Source: an uncultured delta proteobacterium (GTDB taxonomy: Bacteria; Myxococcota_A; UBA9160; SMWR01). Taken from it: a stretch of DNA of 64,000 bases. The DNA is taken from positions 192,001 to 256,000 of the forward strand of contig CAWHTE010000005.1 of NCBI GenBank assembly GCA_963832165.1, written 5' to 3'. Under the pieces are notes generated by a model, which saw only the letters and a program-made list of their open reading frames with translations, had not been told where the DNA came from and searched no databases. Made by a program: the position numbers and the translations under genes. Shown here in pieces: positions 38,539-50,384 of the stretch; within the stretch, counting starts at the first letter, position 1, and the number at the start of each line of letters is the position of its first letter.

Positions 38539-41211
38539 GACTCGTCCTCCCGCAGCGCGGCCTGCCAGCGCGCGATCGCCGCGAGCGCCTCGAGCGGGGT
38601 CGTCTCCTCGGCGCGCAGCGCGCGCAGCGCGTCGAGCACCGAAGCTTCGCGCGGATCGCGGCGCGGCTCGCCGAACAGCGCGAGCTGCGCATCGGCGTCG
38701 GGCGCGGGATCGCCCGCATCGGCGGCCAGGCGCGGGCGGCCGCGCGCGTCGAGCTCGCCGCCCTCGAGGTTGGCCAGGATCGCGCGCGCGCGCCGGAGCA
38801 CGGGGTCGGGCAGCCCCGCGAGACGCGCCACCTGGATGCCGTACGAGCGGCTCGCGCCTCCTTCGACGAGCCGGCGCAGGAACACCACCTCGTCGTTCCA
38901 CTCGCGCGCGGCGAAGTGCGCGTTCGCGACGCGCGGCTTGGTGCGCGCGAGATCGGTGAGCTCGTGATAGTGGGTCGCGAACAGCGTGCGCGCGCCGAGC
39001 CCCGGCGTGTCGTGCAGGTACTCCGCAACCGCCCACGCGATCGAGAGCCCGTCGAACGTGGAAGTACCGCGCCCGATCTCGTCGAGAATGATCAGGCTGC
39101 GCGGCGACGCATGCGCCAGGATCTCCGCGGTTTCGCGCATTTCGACCATGAACGTCGACTCACCCCGGGCCAGCCGGTCGCTGGCGCCTACGCGCGTGAA
39201 CACGCGGTCTACCACCCCCACCCGCGCGCTCTCAGCGGGAACATACGATCCCAGCTGCGCGAGTAAAACAATCAGCGCCACCTGGCGCAGATAGGTGCTC
39301 TTGCCCGACATGTTCGGGCCCGTCAGCACGAGCACCTGGCGGACGGCCGGGTCGAGCTCGGCGTCGTTGGGCACGAACGCACCCGCCCCGCTCGCGACCA
39401 GCAGCGGCTCGATCACGGGATGGCGGCCCGCGCGGATCTCGAGCCGCAGGCCCGCGTCCACCTCGGGGCGCGTCCAGCCGTCGCGCCGCGCGACCTCCGC
39501 GAGCGAGGCCAGCGCGTCGAGCTCGGCCACCGCCTCCGCGGCGCGCGCGATCTCCGCGGCCGCCTCGAGCGAGGCGAGCCGCAGGCGCTCGAAGATCTCG
39601 CGCTCGAGCGCGGCCGCGCGCTCGGTGCCGCCGCGCACCTGCCGCTCGATTTCGCGCAGGCGCGGCGTCGCGAATCGCTCCGCATTGGCGAGCGTCTGGC
39701 GGCGCTCGTAGTCCGCCGGCACACGCTCGAGATTCGCCTTGGTCACCTCGATGCCGTAGCCGTGCACGGGGTGGAAGCGGATCTTGAGCGTGGGAATCCC
39801 CGTGCGCGCGCGCTCCTCGGCCTCGAGCCCCGCGATCCATTCGCGACCCTTGTGGACGCCTTCGCGAATCCCATCCAGTTCCGTGTGGAAGCCCGCGCGG
39901 ATATAGCCGGTTTCGAGCGCACCGCGCGAGCCGCGCGGGAGCGGGCGCACCTCTTCTTCGAGCGCCTCGCGCAAGAGCTCCGCCACGCGCGGGACGGGCT
40001 CGGGCACCGGCAGCGCGGCGGGACGCTCCACGTGCAGCAGGTCGTCTTCCGCACGCGCCGAACGCCGCGGCGACCCCCGGCAGCGCCTCGAGCGATCCGC
40101 GCAGCGCGGCGAGGTCGGGCGGGGATGCGCCCGGGCGCGCGGCCTTCGCGAGCAGCCGCTCGAGGTCCCGCACGGGCCCCAGCGCTGTGCGCGCGCGCGC
40201 GCGCAGCCGGTCGCGCTCGGCCAGGAACGCCACCGCGGTCTGGCGCGCGCGGATCGCCTCGGGGTCGACGAGCGGATACGCGAGCCAGCGCGCGAGCCGA
40301 CGCGCGCCGAGCGGCGTGCGCGTCTCGTCGATCCGCGCGAGCAGCGTGCGCGCGCGCGATCCGTCCTCGGCGTTGCGGAACAGCTCGAGGTGCGCGCGCG
40401 TGGCGGCGTCGAGCACCATCGCATCCGAGAGCGCATAGCGCCGCAGCCGCGCGATCTGCGCGAGCGCGAACGGCTGATGACGGCCGACGTAGTCGAGCAG
40501 CGCGGCGGCCGCGCGCGAAGCCGGGTCGTCTGCGTCCGCGCGCAGGCCGTCCGGGTGGCGCGGCGCGCGCGCGACGTCGAAGCACTCCGCGCCGACGCGC
40601 TGGCGCGCGGCGTCGGGCAGCGCGCGCGCGAGCGACGCGGCGAGCTCGGCATCGTCGGGGATCAAGAGCTCGCGCGGGGCCACGCGACGCAGCTCCTCGA
40701 CCAGCGCGGCCGGCAGACCGCCCGCGGGCCGCTCGAGCGCGGTGGCGCGCAGGTCGCCCGTGGTCGCGTCGAGCACCGCGAGTCCGATCACGGGCCCCGG
40801 ATACAGCGCCGCCACGGCGAGCTCGGCCGCCGCGTCGATCGCGTGCGGATCGCTCGCGAGCCCCGGCGTCACCACCTCGACGACCTCGCGCCGCACGAGC
40901 TGCCGCCCCGAGACCGCGCGCGCGTCCTCGACCTGCTCGCAGATCGCGACGCGATGGCCGTGCTCGGCGAGCACGGCGAGGTACTGGTCGGCGGCGTGTA
41001 CCGGCACGCCGCACATCGGCACCGCGTCGGGCTTGTTCTTGTCGCGCGTCGTCAGCGCGATGTCGAGCAGCGGCGCGGCGATCTCCGCGTCGCGCAGGAA
41101 CATCTCGTAGAAATCGCCCATCCGGTAGAACACGATCGCATCGGGATGCGCCGACTTGATCGCGAGGTACTGGCGCATCATGGGCGTGTCGAGCGCGGAC
41201 TTCTCGCTCAT
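38535..41211 (-). CDS. mutS: DNA mismatch repair protein MutS (one frameshift near 40055)
   Basis: TPMMRQY, GDFYEMF, GPNMSGKSTY, DEIGRGTST, SYGIQVA. Confidence 0.95.
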
Positions 41212-42236
41212 CCGATCCGCTCCCGCGTGCGCAACAAGCCGCGCCGCTCCAGCACGTCGAGCAGCTCGGCGTACTCCTTGGTCGCCTCGGGATCGCGGTG
41301 CTCGGAGAGCAGCAGGCGCCCGAGCACCGCGCGCGCCGCGAGCTGATCGGGCTCGCGGTCGAGCAAGCGGCGCAGCTCGGCGAGCGCCTCCTCGATCTCG
41401 CCGCGCGCCGCGAGCGCGCGCCCGAGCGCGAGCCGCGCGTGCAGGTCGTCGGGGCGCTCCGCGAGCAGCCCGCGCAGGTAGCCCTCGAACTCGCGCGAGC
41501 GGTCGAGCGCGGCATAGGCCGACTCGATGTGCGGATACACGAGCGCGCCGCTCTTGCGGTCGATCGCGGGCACGCGGCACCACGCGGCGAGCGCCGCCTT
41601 CGATCGGCCGCGCTCCGCCTCGATCTGGCCCTGCAGGATCCACGCGCGCACCGAGCGCGGGTCCGTGTGCAGCGCGCGCTTCACGGCGCGCCGCGCATCG
41701 CGCGTGCGGCCTTCGGCCTGGGCCGCCTCGGCCATGTCCACCCAGAGCGCCGCGAGCTCCGCCGCGGAGTCGCGATTCTCCACGCGCGCGAGGCGGCGCT
41801 GCATCTCGATCGCGCGCGAGTGCTCGCGCGCGTCGCCGAGCAGCTTCACGAGCGCACGCAGCGCGGGCGCGTGCTGCGGGTCGCGCTCGAGCACCTCCTC
41901 GTACGAGGCGATCGCGCGCTGCAGGAAGCCGCCCTGGCGAAAGTCGGCCGCGAGGTCGGCGAGGCAGGTGATCCGCTGCTCGCGGTCGAGATCGCGGCGC
42001 AAGAGCAGATTCTGGTGCAGCCGGATCGCGCGCCCGACGTCGCCGCGCATCCGGTAGAAGCGCGCGAGCGCCAGGTAGGGCTCGACGCTGTTCGAATCGA
42101 GCTCCGCGCTCGCGACGAGCAGCTGCTCGGCGCGCTCGTGATCGCGGTCGAGCACCGCGAGCAGCGCCGCGCGCGTCGCCGCATCGGCGTCGCGCGGCGG
42201 AACCGCGCCTCGGCGCCGGCGGATCCAGTCGAACAA
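41208..42236 (-). CDS. LapB-like TPR protein
   Basis: RAIRLHQNL, TPR helices; located downstream of lapA-like and ihfB. Confidence 0.75.
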   Translation of the reverse strand: MFDWIRRRRGAVPPRDADAATRAALLAVLDRDHERAEQLLVASAELDSNSVEPYLALARFYRMRGDVGRAIRLHQNLLLRRDLDREQRITCLADLAADFRQGGFLQRAIASYEEVLERDPQHAPALRALVKLLGDAREHSRAIEMQRRLARVENRDSAAELAALWVDMAEAAQAEGRTRDARRAVKRALHTDPRSVRAWILQGQIEAERGRSKAALAAWCRVPAIDRKSGALVYPHIESAYAALDRSREFEGYLRGLLAERPDDLHARLALGRALAARGEIEEALAELRRLLDREPDQLAARAVLGRLLLSEHRDPEATKEYAELLDVLERRGLLRTRERIG

Positions 42237-42237
42237 A

Positions 42238-42592
42238 TCAGCGCCCCCATCGGCGCGCGGTCGCGCTGTCGCTCTGCGCGGCGGCCTGCGACCCCGCGGT
42301 GTCGAGCGGCAGGTTGCGGAGCTGGTGGATCTCGGACTCGAGCCCGCCCACCGCCTTGCGGTACCGCCGCTCGAGCATCTGCGAGCGCAGGCTGCTCCAC
42401 AGCCAGCCGCCACCCGCGAGCGCGAATCCGGCTGCGAACGCGCACAGCAGCGCTTCCCAGACTTCGAGTTGGATCTCGCCGAACAGGAAGTCGACCGCAA
42501 CGACCTCATCGTTGCCGGACTTGAGCCCCCATCCACCCACGAGCAGGGCGGCAACCAGGGCCACCGCCGATCCAGCGACGCACCCAGCGCAT
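42238..42592 (-). CDS. LapA-family membrane protein (start uncertain; possible frameshift near 42567)
   Basis: Two TM segments, N...V.VDFLFG, LESEIHQLRNLP. Confidence 0.7.
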
Positions 42593-42631
42593 GTGACGGA
42601 TTCTCCGGGGGGGCGTCCGTGATCAGCGGAG

Positions 42632-42940
42632 CTAGTCGTTCGAGGACGAAGACGGCTGGCGCCCCGCGTCCACCATCTCCTTCAGTTCCTTGCCCACCTT
42701 GAAGAACGGAGTCCGCTTCGCCGAGATGTGCACGGGCTCGCCCGTCTTCGGATTCCGGCCCTCGCGCGCCTCGCGCACCTTGACCTGGAAGCTGCCGAAG
42801 CCGCGGATCTCGATCCGCTCGCCCTCGCGCAGCGCCGTCGCCATCGAGTCGAAGATCGTGTTCACCACGATCTCCGTGTCCTTCTTCGAGATGTGCGGCG
42901 TCTTCTCCGCCACCGCCTCGATCAGTCCACTCTTGGTCAT
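42632..42940 (-). CDS. ihfB: Integration host factor beta subunit
   Basis: MTKSGLI, IEIRGFGSF, GRNPKTG, PFFKVGKELKE. Confidence 0.92.
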   Translation of the reverse strand: MTKSGLIEAVAEKTPHISKKDTEIVVNTIFDSMATALREGERIEIRGFGSFQVKVREAREGRNPKTGEPVHISAKRTPFFKVGKELKEMVDAGRQPSSSSND

Positions 42941-42943
42941 GGC

Positions 42944-44652
42944 CTACTCCTCCCCTTCCGGCCCGGAAGAGCCCTCGGCCTTCCGGGCGAGTTTTTCGGC
43001 GAGGAGGTCACCCAGCGTCGTCGCCTGCCGCGCCGACTGCTGGGCCGCCAGCTTCTTGAGCGATTCGCGCTGCTCGCGATCGGTGAGCGCGCGGATCGAC
43101 AGCGAGATCTTCTGCTCGTCCGGATCGACGCGCGTGACGAGCGCCGTCACCTGCTGGCCCGGCGCTGGACCACGTCGGCCGGGTTGTCGACGCGCTCGTC
43201 GGCGAGCTCGCTGCTGTAGATCAGGCCCTCGATGCCCTCTTCGAGCTGCACGAACGCGCCGAAGTCGGCCACGTTCGTGATCGGGCCGGTCACCTCGCTG
43301 CCGACCGGGTACTTGCCGCATGCAGCTCGTCCCAGGGGTTCGCCTGGAGCTGCTTGATGCCGAGCGAGAACTTCTCGTTCTCCTTGTCGATCTTGAGCAC
43401 CACGGCCTCGACCATCGTCGCCCTTCTTGAACTTCTCGCTCGGGTGCTTGATCTGCTCGGTCCACGAGATGTCGGAGACGTGCACGAGGCCGTCGATGCC
43501 CTCTTCGAGCCCGACGAAGACGCCGAAGTTGGTGATGTTGCGCACCGCGCCCGACACGCGCGTGCCGACCGGGTACTTCTGCTCGATCACGCTCCACGGG
43601 TTCGGCTCGATCTGCTTCATGCCGAGCGAGATCTTGCGATCGCGCTCGTCGACGTCGAGCACCACCGCTTCGACCGTGTCGCCGACGTTCACCACCTTGG
43701 ACGGGTGCTTGATGCGCTTGGTCCACGACATCTCGGAGACGTGGATCAGCCCTTCGATGCCCGGCTCGAGCTCGAGGAACGCGCCGTAGTCGGCGAGCGA
43801 GACGACGCTGCCGGAGATGCGCTTGCCGATCGCATAGCGCATCGACGCGTCGATCCACGGATCGGGCTGGATCTGCTTCAGGCCCAGCGAGACGCGCTCG
43901 TTGTCCGAATCGAACTTGAGCACCTTGACCTTGATCTCGTCGCCGACCTGGAAGATCTCGCTCGGGTGGTTGACGCGGCCCCACGACATGTCGGTGACGT
44001 GGAGCAGGCCGTCGATGCCGCCGAGGTCGATGAACGCGCCGTAGTCGGTGAGGTTCTTGATCACGCCGTCGACGATCTGGCCGGCCGCGAGCGTCTGGAG
44101 CGTGGTCTCGCGCATGCGCTTGCGCTCGCTCTCGAGCAGCGCGCGGCGCGACAGCACGATGTTGCCGCGGCTCTTGTTGAACTTGATGATCTTGAACTGC
44201 AGGCGCTGACCGACGATGTGCTCGAGGTTGCGCACGGGCCGCAGGTCGACCTGCGAGCCGGGCAGGAACGCCTTCACGCCGATGTCGACGGCGAGGCCGC
44301 CCTTCACGCGCGAGAGCACGAGGCCCTCGACCGCCTCGTCGGCCTTGTACGCGCGGCTGATGTCGTCCCAGACCTTGAGCCGGTCGGCCTTCTCCTTCGA
44401 GATCACGACGCGGCCGTCGTCGTCTTCGGCCTCCTCGAGCAGCACGTCGACCTCGTCGCCGGGCGCGACGAGCACGGTGCCGTCTTCGTCCATGAACTCC
44501 CACGATGCGACCATTCCTTCGGACTTGAATCCGATGTCGATCGACACGTGCTCGTCGTCGATTGCGAGCACCCTGCCGCGCACCACCTCTCCCTCTTTCA
44601 GGGAGCGGATGCTCTTCTCGAACAGGTCAGCGAAGGATTCGGTATTGCTCAT
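42944..44652 (-). CDS. rpsA: 30S ribosomal protein S1 (about 3 frameshifts in the 3' part)
   Basis: [32 protein letters not shown]1 repeats. Confidence 0.95.
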
Positions 44653-45566
44653 AGGCCTTGATCGGGATCTCCCTTGGAACGGTCGCCGCGCGCACGCGGG
44701 GCATCGGTTTCGGTTCTGGACGCCGGCTCTGGAAACAGCGCGATGCGGGCCGCGGAGAGTAGCCGGTCCAACCCCTCCGCGTCGCCTGCTTCGAGGGCCC
44801 TCGCGATCGCCTCGAGCTGCGCCCCGGCCCCGAACAGCGGCGCTGCGAGCGCCTTGCGGTTCGCGGTCAGGATGTCGGCCCAGAGCTCGGCATCGCTGCG
44901 CGCGATCCGGGTGAAGTCCCGGAAGCCCGCCCCCGCCAGTTCGGCGGCCGTGGCCGGGGCCCCGGCCAGCGACCCCGCGAACGCGAAGGCGAGCAGATGG
45001 GGCAGATGGCTCACCCAGGCGACCTCCGCGTCGTGCTGGGCGGCCGTGCGCCGCACCACGCGCGCTCCGAGCGCCTCCCAGAACGCCACTACGCGCGCAC
45101 CCGCGGTCGGGTCGGCCGCCTCCGTCACGATGCACACCGCGCGCTCGAACAGGTCGGCGCGCGCGTGCCCCATGCCGCGGTGGTGGCTGCCCGCCATCGG
45201 ATGCGAGCCGACATAGCTGCAGCCCGGGGGCAGAAGACCCGGGAGCGTATCGACGAGCGGCGCCTTCACGCTGCCGACATCGGTGATCACGGTACCGGGC
45301 GTGAGCCCGGGCGTGATCTCGCGCAGCAGCGCGGGCATCGCGCCGACCGGCGACGCGAGCACCACGAGGTCCGCGCCGCGGGCCACTTCGGCGAGCGGTG
45401 CGATGCGATCGACCGCCCCGCGCGCGAGCGCCTCCGCGCGCGCCTCGGCGCTGCGCGTGGCGCCGACCACCTCGCGCGCGGCACCGCGCTCGCGCGCTGC
45501 GAGCGCGACCGACCCGCCGAGCAGCCCGAGCCCGACGACCGCGACGCGCGCGAGCGGCGCACTCAC
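44649..45566 (-). CDS. tyrA: Prephenate/arogenate dehydrogenase
   Basis: GLGLLGGS, TDVGSVK, HPMAGS, HD..VA..SHLPH, GFRDFTRIA. Confidence 0.9.
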   Translation of the reverse strand: MSAPLARVAVVGLGLLGGSVALAARERGAAREVVGATRSAEARAEALARGAVDRIAPLAEVARGADLVVLASPVGAMPALLREITPGLTPGTVITDVGSVKAPLVDTLPGLLPPGCSYVGSHPMAGSHHRGMGHARADLFERAVCIVTEAADPTAGARVVAFWEALGARVVRRTAAQHDAEVAWVSHLPHLLAFAFAGSLAGAPATAAELAGAGFRDFTRIARSDAELWADILTANRKALAAPLFGAGAQLEAIARALEAGDAEGLDRLLSAARIALFPEPASRTETDAPRARGDRSKGDPDQGL

Positions 45567-46664
45567 GATGTGCGCCCCAGGATGCGCGCGAGCGTCTTCA
45601 CGAGGCGCTCGTTCTCCTCGGGCAGTCCGATCGTCACGCGCACGCAGTCGGGCATGCCGAAGCCCGCGAGCGGACGCACGATCACGCCCTCGCGCTGGAG
45701 CCGGTCGAAGATCCCCTCCCCCGCGCGCACGAGCACGAAATTCGCATCGCGTGGGCCACACCTCGACGCCGAGCGCGCCGAGCTCGCGCGTGAGGTACTC
45801 GCACGCCCTCCGCGTTCACGCGCCGCGAGCGCTCCGCGTGCTCCTCGTCGTCGAGCGCCGCGAGTGCTGCCGCCGCTGCGAGCCGATTCACGTTGAACGG
45901 ATGGCGCGCGCGGTTCAGATAGTCGGCGAGCTCCGCGTCGCACACGCCGTAGCCCACGCGCAGCCCCGCGAGGCCGTAGATCTTCGAGAACGTGCGCATC
46001 ACGATCGTGCCGGGGCGGCGTGCCGACCCACGCGATCGCGTCGGGGAAGTCGGGGCGGCGCGCGAACTCGCGATAGGCCTCGTCGACCACGAGCACGAGC
46101 TCGGCGGGCAGCGAGCGCACGAACGCGTCGAATGCCGCGGCCCCGACGCTCGTGCCGGTCGGGTTGTTGGGATTGCACACGAACACCACGCGCGTGCGCT
46201 CGGTGATCGCGGCGCGCAGCGCGGGCAGGTCGTGTACGAGCGCGGCGTCGAGCGGCACCGTCACGGGGGTCGCGCCCATGCCCTTCACCACGATCGGGTA
46301 CATCGCGAACGACGGCCACGCGAACACCGCCTCGTCGCCGGGGCCCAGGAACGCCTTCACGACCAGCTCGAGGATCTCGTCGGCGCCGCAGCCGAACACG
46401 AACTGCTGCTCGCCGACTCCGAAGCGCTTCGGCGAGCGCCGCGCGCAGATCGAAGCACGCGCCGTCGGGGTAGCGGTGGACGCCCGCGAGCGCGTCGCGC
46501 ACCGCGGCCAGCGCGCGCGGCGACGGGCCGATCGCGCTCTCGTTCGAGGCGAGCTTGATCGCGCCCTCGATCCCGAGCTCGCGCTCGAGCTCCTCGGGCG
46601 GCTTGCCGGGCTCGTAGGGAGCGAGCTCGCGGATGTGTCGCTTCACGATGCGTTCGAGCGCCAC
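45563..46664 (-). CDS. hisC: Histidinol-phosphate aminotransferase (about 4 frameshifts)
   Basis: [33 protein letters not shown]. Confidence 0.9.
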
Positions 46665-46665
46665 G

Positions 46666-47818
46666 TCAGCGACTCCCCACCGCAGACGGCGACCGCGCGC
46701 TCTCCGAGCGCGGGAACGAGCCGAGCACGCGCGTCGAGTGGGCGACGCGCGACGCGGCCTCGAGCGCGCGGTGCACGGCCGCCTCCGAGCGGTGGCCCTC
46801 GCAGTCGATGAAGAACAGATACTCCCAGGGCTTGCCCGCGATCGGCCGCAGCTGGATCGAGGTGAGGTTCACCTTCTCCTGCGCGAACGGCTCGATCAGC
46901 CGGTGGAGCGCGCCGGTCTCGTCGCGGCGGATCGTGAACACGATCGAGGTGAGGTCGCGCCCGCTCGGCGGCGGCGGATCGCCGCCGATCACGAGGAAGC
47001 GCGTGCTGTTGTCGCGGCGGTCCTCGATGCTCGACGCGATCACGGCGAGCTCGTACACCTCGGCCGACAAGCAGAGAGCCGATCGCCGCGCACTCGGGAT
47101 CCGCGGCGGCGCGCTGTGCGGCCGCGGCCGTGCTGGCCATCTCGATGCGCGGCACACCCGGCAGCTGCTGGTCGAGCCAGCGCCGGCACTGCGCGAGCGG
47201 CTGCGGGTGCGAGATCACGCGCTTCACGTCTTCGATCCGCCCGCTCTTCGAGAGCAGCGCGTTCGACACGCGCAGCACGCGCTCGGCGCACACGGTGACG
47301 TCGCGATCTCCGAACGAGTCGAGCGTCTGCGTGACCACGCCTTCGGTGGTGTTCTCGACGGGCACGATCCCGAGCTGGGTGCGCCCGGACTCGACCGACG
47401 CGAACACGTCGGAGATGCTCGCGACGCCGCACAGCACTGCGAGCGAGCCGAAGTGCTCGCGCGCGGCCTGGTGCGAGAACGTGCCCTCGGGCCCGAGATA
47501 GGCCACGCGGATCGCGTCCTCGAGCGAGCGCGTGCCCGAGATGATCTCGCGGAACACCGGGCCGAGCGCCTCGGACGGAAACGGCCCCGGATTCCCCTCG
47601 CGGAGGCGCTCGACGATCCGGCGCTCGCGGGTGGGCTCGTAGACCGCGGTTTCCGCGATCTGCTTCGCGCGGCCGACCTCGGTGACGAGCTCCGCGCGCT
47701 CGTTGAGTCGCGCGAGGATGGCGTCGTCCACCGCGTCGATGCGCGCGCGCAGGCGCTCGATCTCGAGCTCGGCAGCAGCCGGGTCGAGCAGCGGGCGATC
47801 CGATTCGGCACGCGACAT
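46666..47818 (-). CDS. pheA: Chorismate mutase/prephenate dehydratase (one frameshift near 47070)
   Basis: LRARIDAVD, LGPEGTFS, PVENTTEG, NSTRF, ACT domain. Confidence 0.93.
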
Positions 47819-48040
47819 GGAGAAAACGCGCTAACCCCTTGAAAAATCAGGGCGCAGAGTACTCGACCCCCTTGCGGGCCGCAAACGATCGCGGCCCGAT
47901 TTCCGTTGCATCTCGGCAGGTTACCGGGCCGGCCGCCCGCACAGGCTCCCTCTCCCGCGGGGGGAGGGTTTAACCTCGCGAATCCACTCGCGCTATCCGG
48001 CTTCAAGCGGTGCGCGAGCAGCGTCGATAAGCGCAGCGGC

Positions 48041-49663
48041 GTGAGCATTCAACCGTCGAAGGCTCCGGTCCGTGACGTCACGGGCGAGCGGCCCGCTGGA
48101 TGGAGCGGCCTGGCGTCGAAGCTCATCCTCTTCGTGTTCGCCTCGACGTTCGTGACCGCGACGATCGTGTCGTGGATTTCGATCCAGTCCACGAGCGGCT
48201 CGCTGCGCGGCATGATCGAGCGGCTCTACCCGCTCTCGCTCGACCACGCCGCCCAGCGCATCGAGCCCTGGGTGACCCAGGTGCGGCTGCAGCTCGAGTA
48301 CGCGGCCAACGATCCGCAGGCCGACGCGGCGACGCTGTCCGCCGGCGAGCACGCGCAGCTCGACGGGCTCGCCGTCTACGGAAGCGACGGCGTTCGCGAG
48401 CGCGCCTGGGGCCTCGCGCCGAAGCGGGCGGCCGCTGCGCTGCGCGCGAAGGATCGCGTCGCGGCGATCCAGCTCGACTCGGGCGGCTGGGCACTCGCCG
48501 TGGCGCGCGCGCGGGCACCGGATGGCGTCGAGCTCGTGGGCGTCGTTTCGCTCGCGCGGCTCGTTCCGCTGCTCGAGGTGGAGCTCCCGAACGAGGACGC
48601 GTTGATCGCGCTCGTCGACGGCAAGGGCCGCGTGCTCGCGCGCGCGGGCAAGCCCCCGGGCGACCTCGCGCTCGACCGGATCGAAGTGAACGCGCTCCAC
48701 TCGCGCGGCGCGCTGCGCGAGACCGAGATCGAGGGCGAGCACGTGATCGCCGCGTCGCAGCGGATCGATCTGCTCGACTGGCACGTCGCGATCATCACGC
48801 CGTTCGAGACCGCCTACGCGCCGGTGTTCTCGGTGGTGACGCGCGTGTTCACGATCGACCTCTGCATCATCCTCGCGTTCAGCATCCTCGCCTATCGCAT
48901 CACGGCGCGCGTGGTGCGGCCGATCGGACACCTGTCCGAGGCCGTGCGCCGCGTGATGCTCGGACACGCCGAGCTCGAGGTGCCCGAGGTGTCGTCGCGC
49001 GACGAGATCGGCCTCCTCACGCGCACGTTCAACGACATGATCCAGCAGCAGCGCGCGCAGCGCGAGGAGATCGAGGAGGCCAACCGGCACCTCAAGGACC
49101 GCAACCATCGCCTGCAGCAGGCGAACGAGGTGTTGAACCAGCTCTCGATCACCGACGGGCTCACCAAGCTCCACAACCACCGGTTCTTCCAGGACCACCT
49201 CACGCGCGAGATCCGGCGCGTGGAGCGCACGCAGGAGCCGCTCGCGATCCTCGTGATCGACATCGACGACTTCAAGCGCCTGAACGACCGCCTCGGCCAC
49301 GCCGCGGGGGACGAGATTCTCGCGCGCATCGCGCAGATCCTGAACGGCGCCGTGCGCGGCAGCGATCTCTGCGCGCGCTACGGCGGCGAGGAGTTCGTGA
49401 TCCTCGCTCCCGGCACCGACACGCAGGGCGCCTATCTGCTCGCGGAAAAGGTGCGCACGGCGATCGCCGAGTCGTCGTTCATCGTCGACGACTCACTGCG
49501 CCCGCTGCGCGTCACGGTGTCGGTCGGGGTCGCCGCGTTCACGGGCAACCGCAAGCGCTTCTTCCAGAAGGCCGACCAGGCGCTCTACCGCGCCAAGGCC
49601 GACGGCAAGAACTGCGTGATCGTGCACGAAGACGACATGCCCGAGGATGGGCCCTCGGCCTAG
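48041..49663 (+). CDS. Membrane sensor diguanylate cyclase (HAMP plus GGDEF)
   Basis: Two TM segments, DEIG.L..TFN.M, TDGLTKLHN, RYGGEEF. Confidence 0.93.
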   Translation: MSIQPSKAPVRDVTGERPAGWSGLASKLILFVFASTFVTATIVSWISIQSTSGSLRGMIERLYPLSLDHAAQRIEPWVTQVRLQLEYAANDPQADAATLSAGEHAQLDGLAVYGSDGVRERAWGLAPKRAAAALRAKDRVAAIQLDSGGWALAVARARAPDGVELVGVVSLARLVPLLEVELPNEDALIALVDGKGRVLARAGKPPGDLALDRIEVNALHSRGALRETEIEGEHVIAASQRIDLLDWHVAIITPFETAYAPVFSVVTRVFTIDLCIILAFSILAYRITARVVRPIGHLSEAVRRVMLGHAELEVPEVSSRDEIGLLTRTFNDMIQQQRAQREEIEEANRHLKDRNHRLQQANEVLNQLSITDGLTKLHNHRFFQDHLTREIRRVERTQEPLAILVIDIDDFKRLNDRLGHAAGDEILARIAQILNGAVRGSDLCARYGGEEFVILAPGTDTQGAYLLAEKVRTAIAESSFIVDDSLRPLRVTVSVGVAAFTGNRKRFFQKADQALYRAKADGKNCVIVHEDDMPEDGPSA

Positions 49664-49723
49664 CGGCGCTCGCGAGTGAGCCGCTGACCTTGCAATCCTC
49701 ACCGCTTCCCCCACCCTGCCCGC

Positions 49724-50342
49724 GTGACGGTCGTGATCGGACTCACGGGTGGGATCGGCTCGGGCAAGAGCACGGTGTCGCGCCTGTTCCAGGCGCTCGG
49801 CGCGACGCGTGATCGACGCGGACGCGATCGTGCACGAGCTCCAGGCACCCGGGATGCCGATGGTCGAAGAGCTCGCGAGAGAGTTCGGCCCGGGCATCCT
49901 CGACGCCGCGGGCGCGCTCGACCGCAAGGCGCTCGGCGCGATCGTGTTCAACGACGAGGCCGCGCGGCTGCGGCTCAACCACATCGTGCACCCGCAGGTC
50001 GGCGCCGAGTTCGCGCGCCGGCTCGCGGCCGCGCTGGCCGAGAAGGCGAAGCTCGTCGTGCTCGACATTCCGCTGCTCTTCGAGGGACGCGAGTCGGGGC
50101 GCGGCAGCTCGGCCGCGCGCAACGTCGAGACGACCGTCGTCGTCTGGGTGCCCGAGCCGGTGCAGATCGAGCGGCAGATCGCGCGCGACCGCTGCACGCG
50201 CGCGGAGGCCGAGCAGCGCGTGCGCGCGCAGATGGCGCTCGACAAGAAGCGCGAGCTCGCCGATCACGTGATCGACAACAGCGGCACGATCGCGGAGACG
50301 GAGCGCCAGGTGCAGGCGCTGTACGAGCGGCTCACGGGTTGA
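49724..50342 (+). CDS. coaE: Dephospho-CoA kinase (one frameshift near 49805)
   Basis: GLTGGIGSGKST, IDAD, LDRKALG, DIPLLFE. Confidence 0.93.
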
Positions 50343-50352
50343 GAAGCGCGCG

Positions 50353-50371
50353 GAAGGCGGGATCCGCCTTC
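50353..50371. terminator. Hairpin between convergent coaE and trpA
   Basis: gaaggcgg-gat-ccgccttc; no clear U-tract. Confidence 0.4.
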
Positions 50372-50384
50372 GGCTCCTCCCGCC

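Noticed and set aside
34637..39028. 1463-aa extended GlnD
   Set aside because: The upstream part is an off-frame read of the amidase and mutS genes; GlnD starts at 37339
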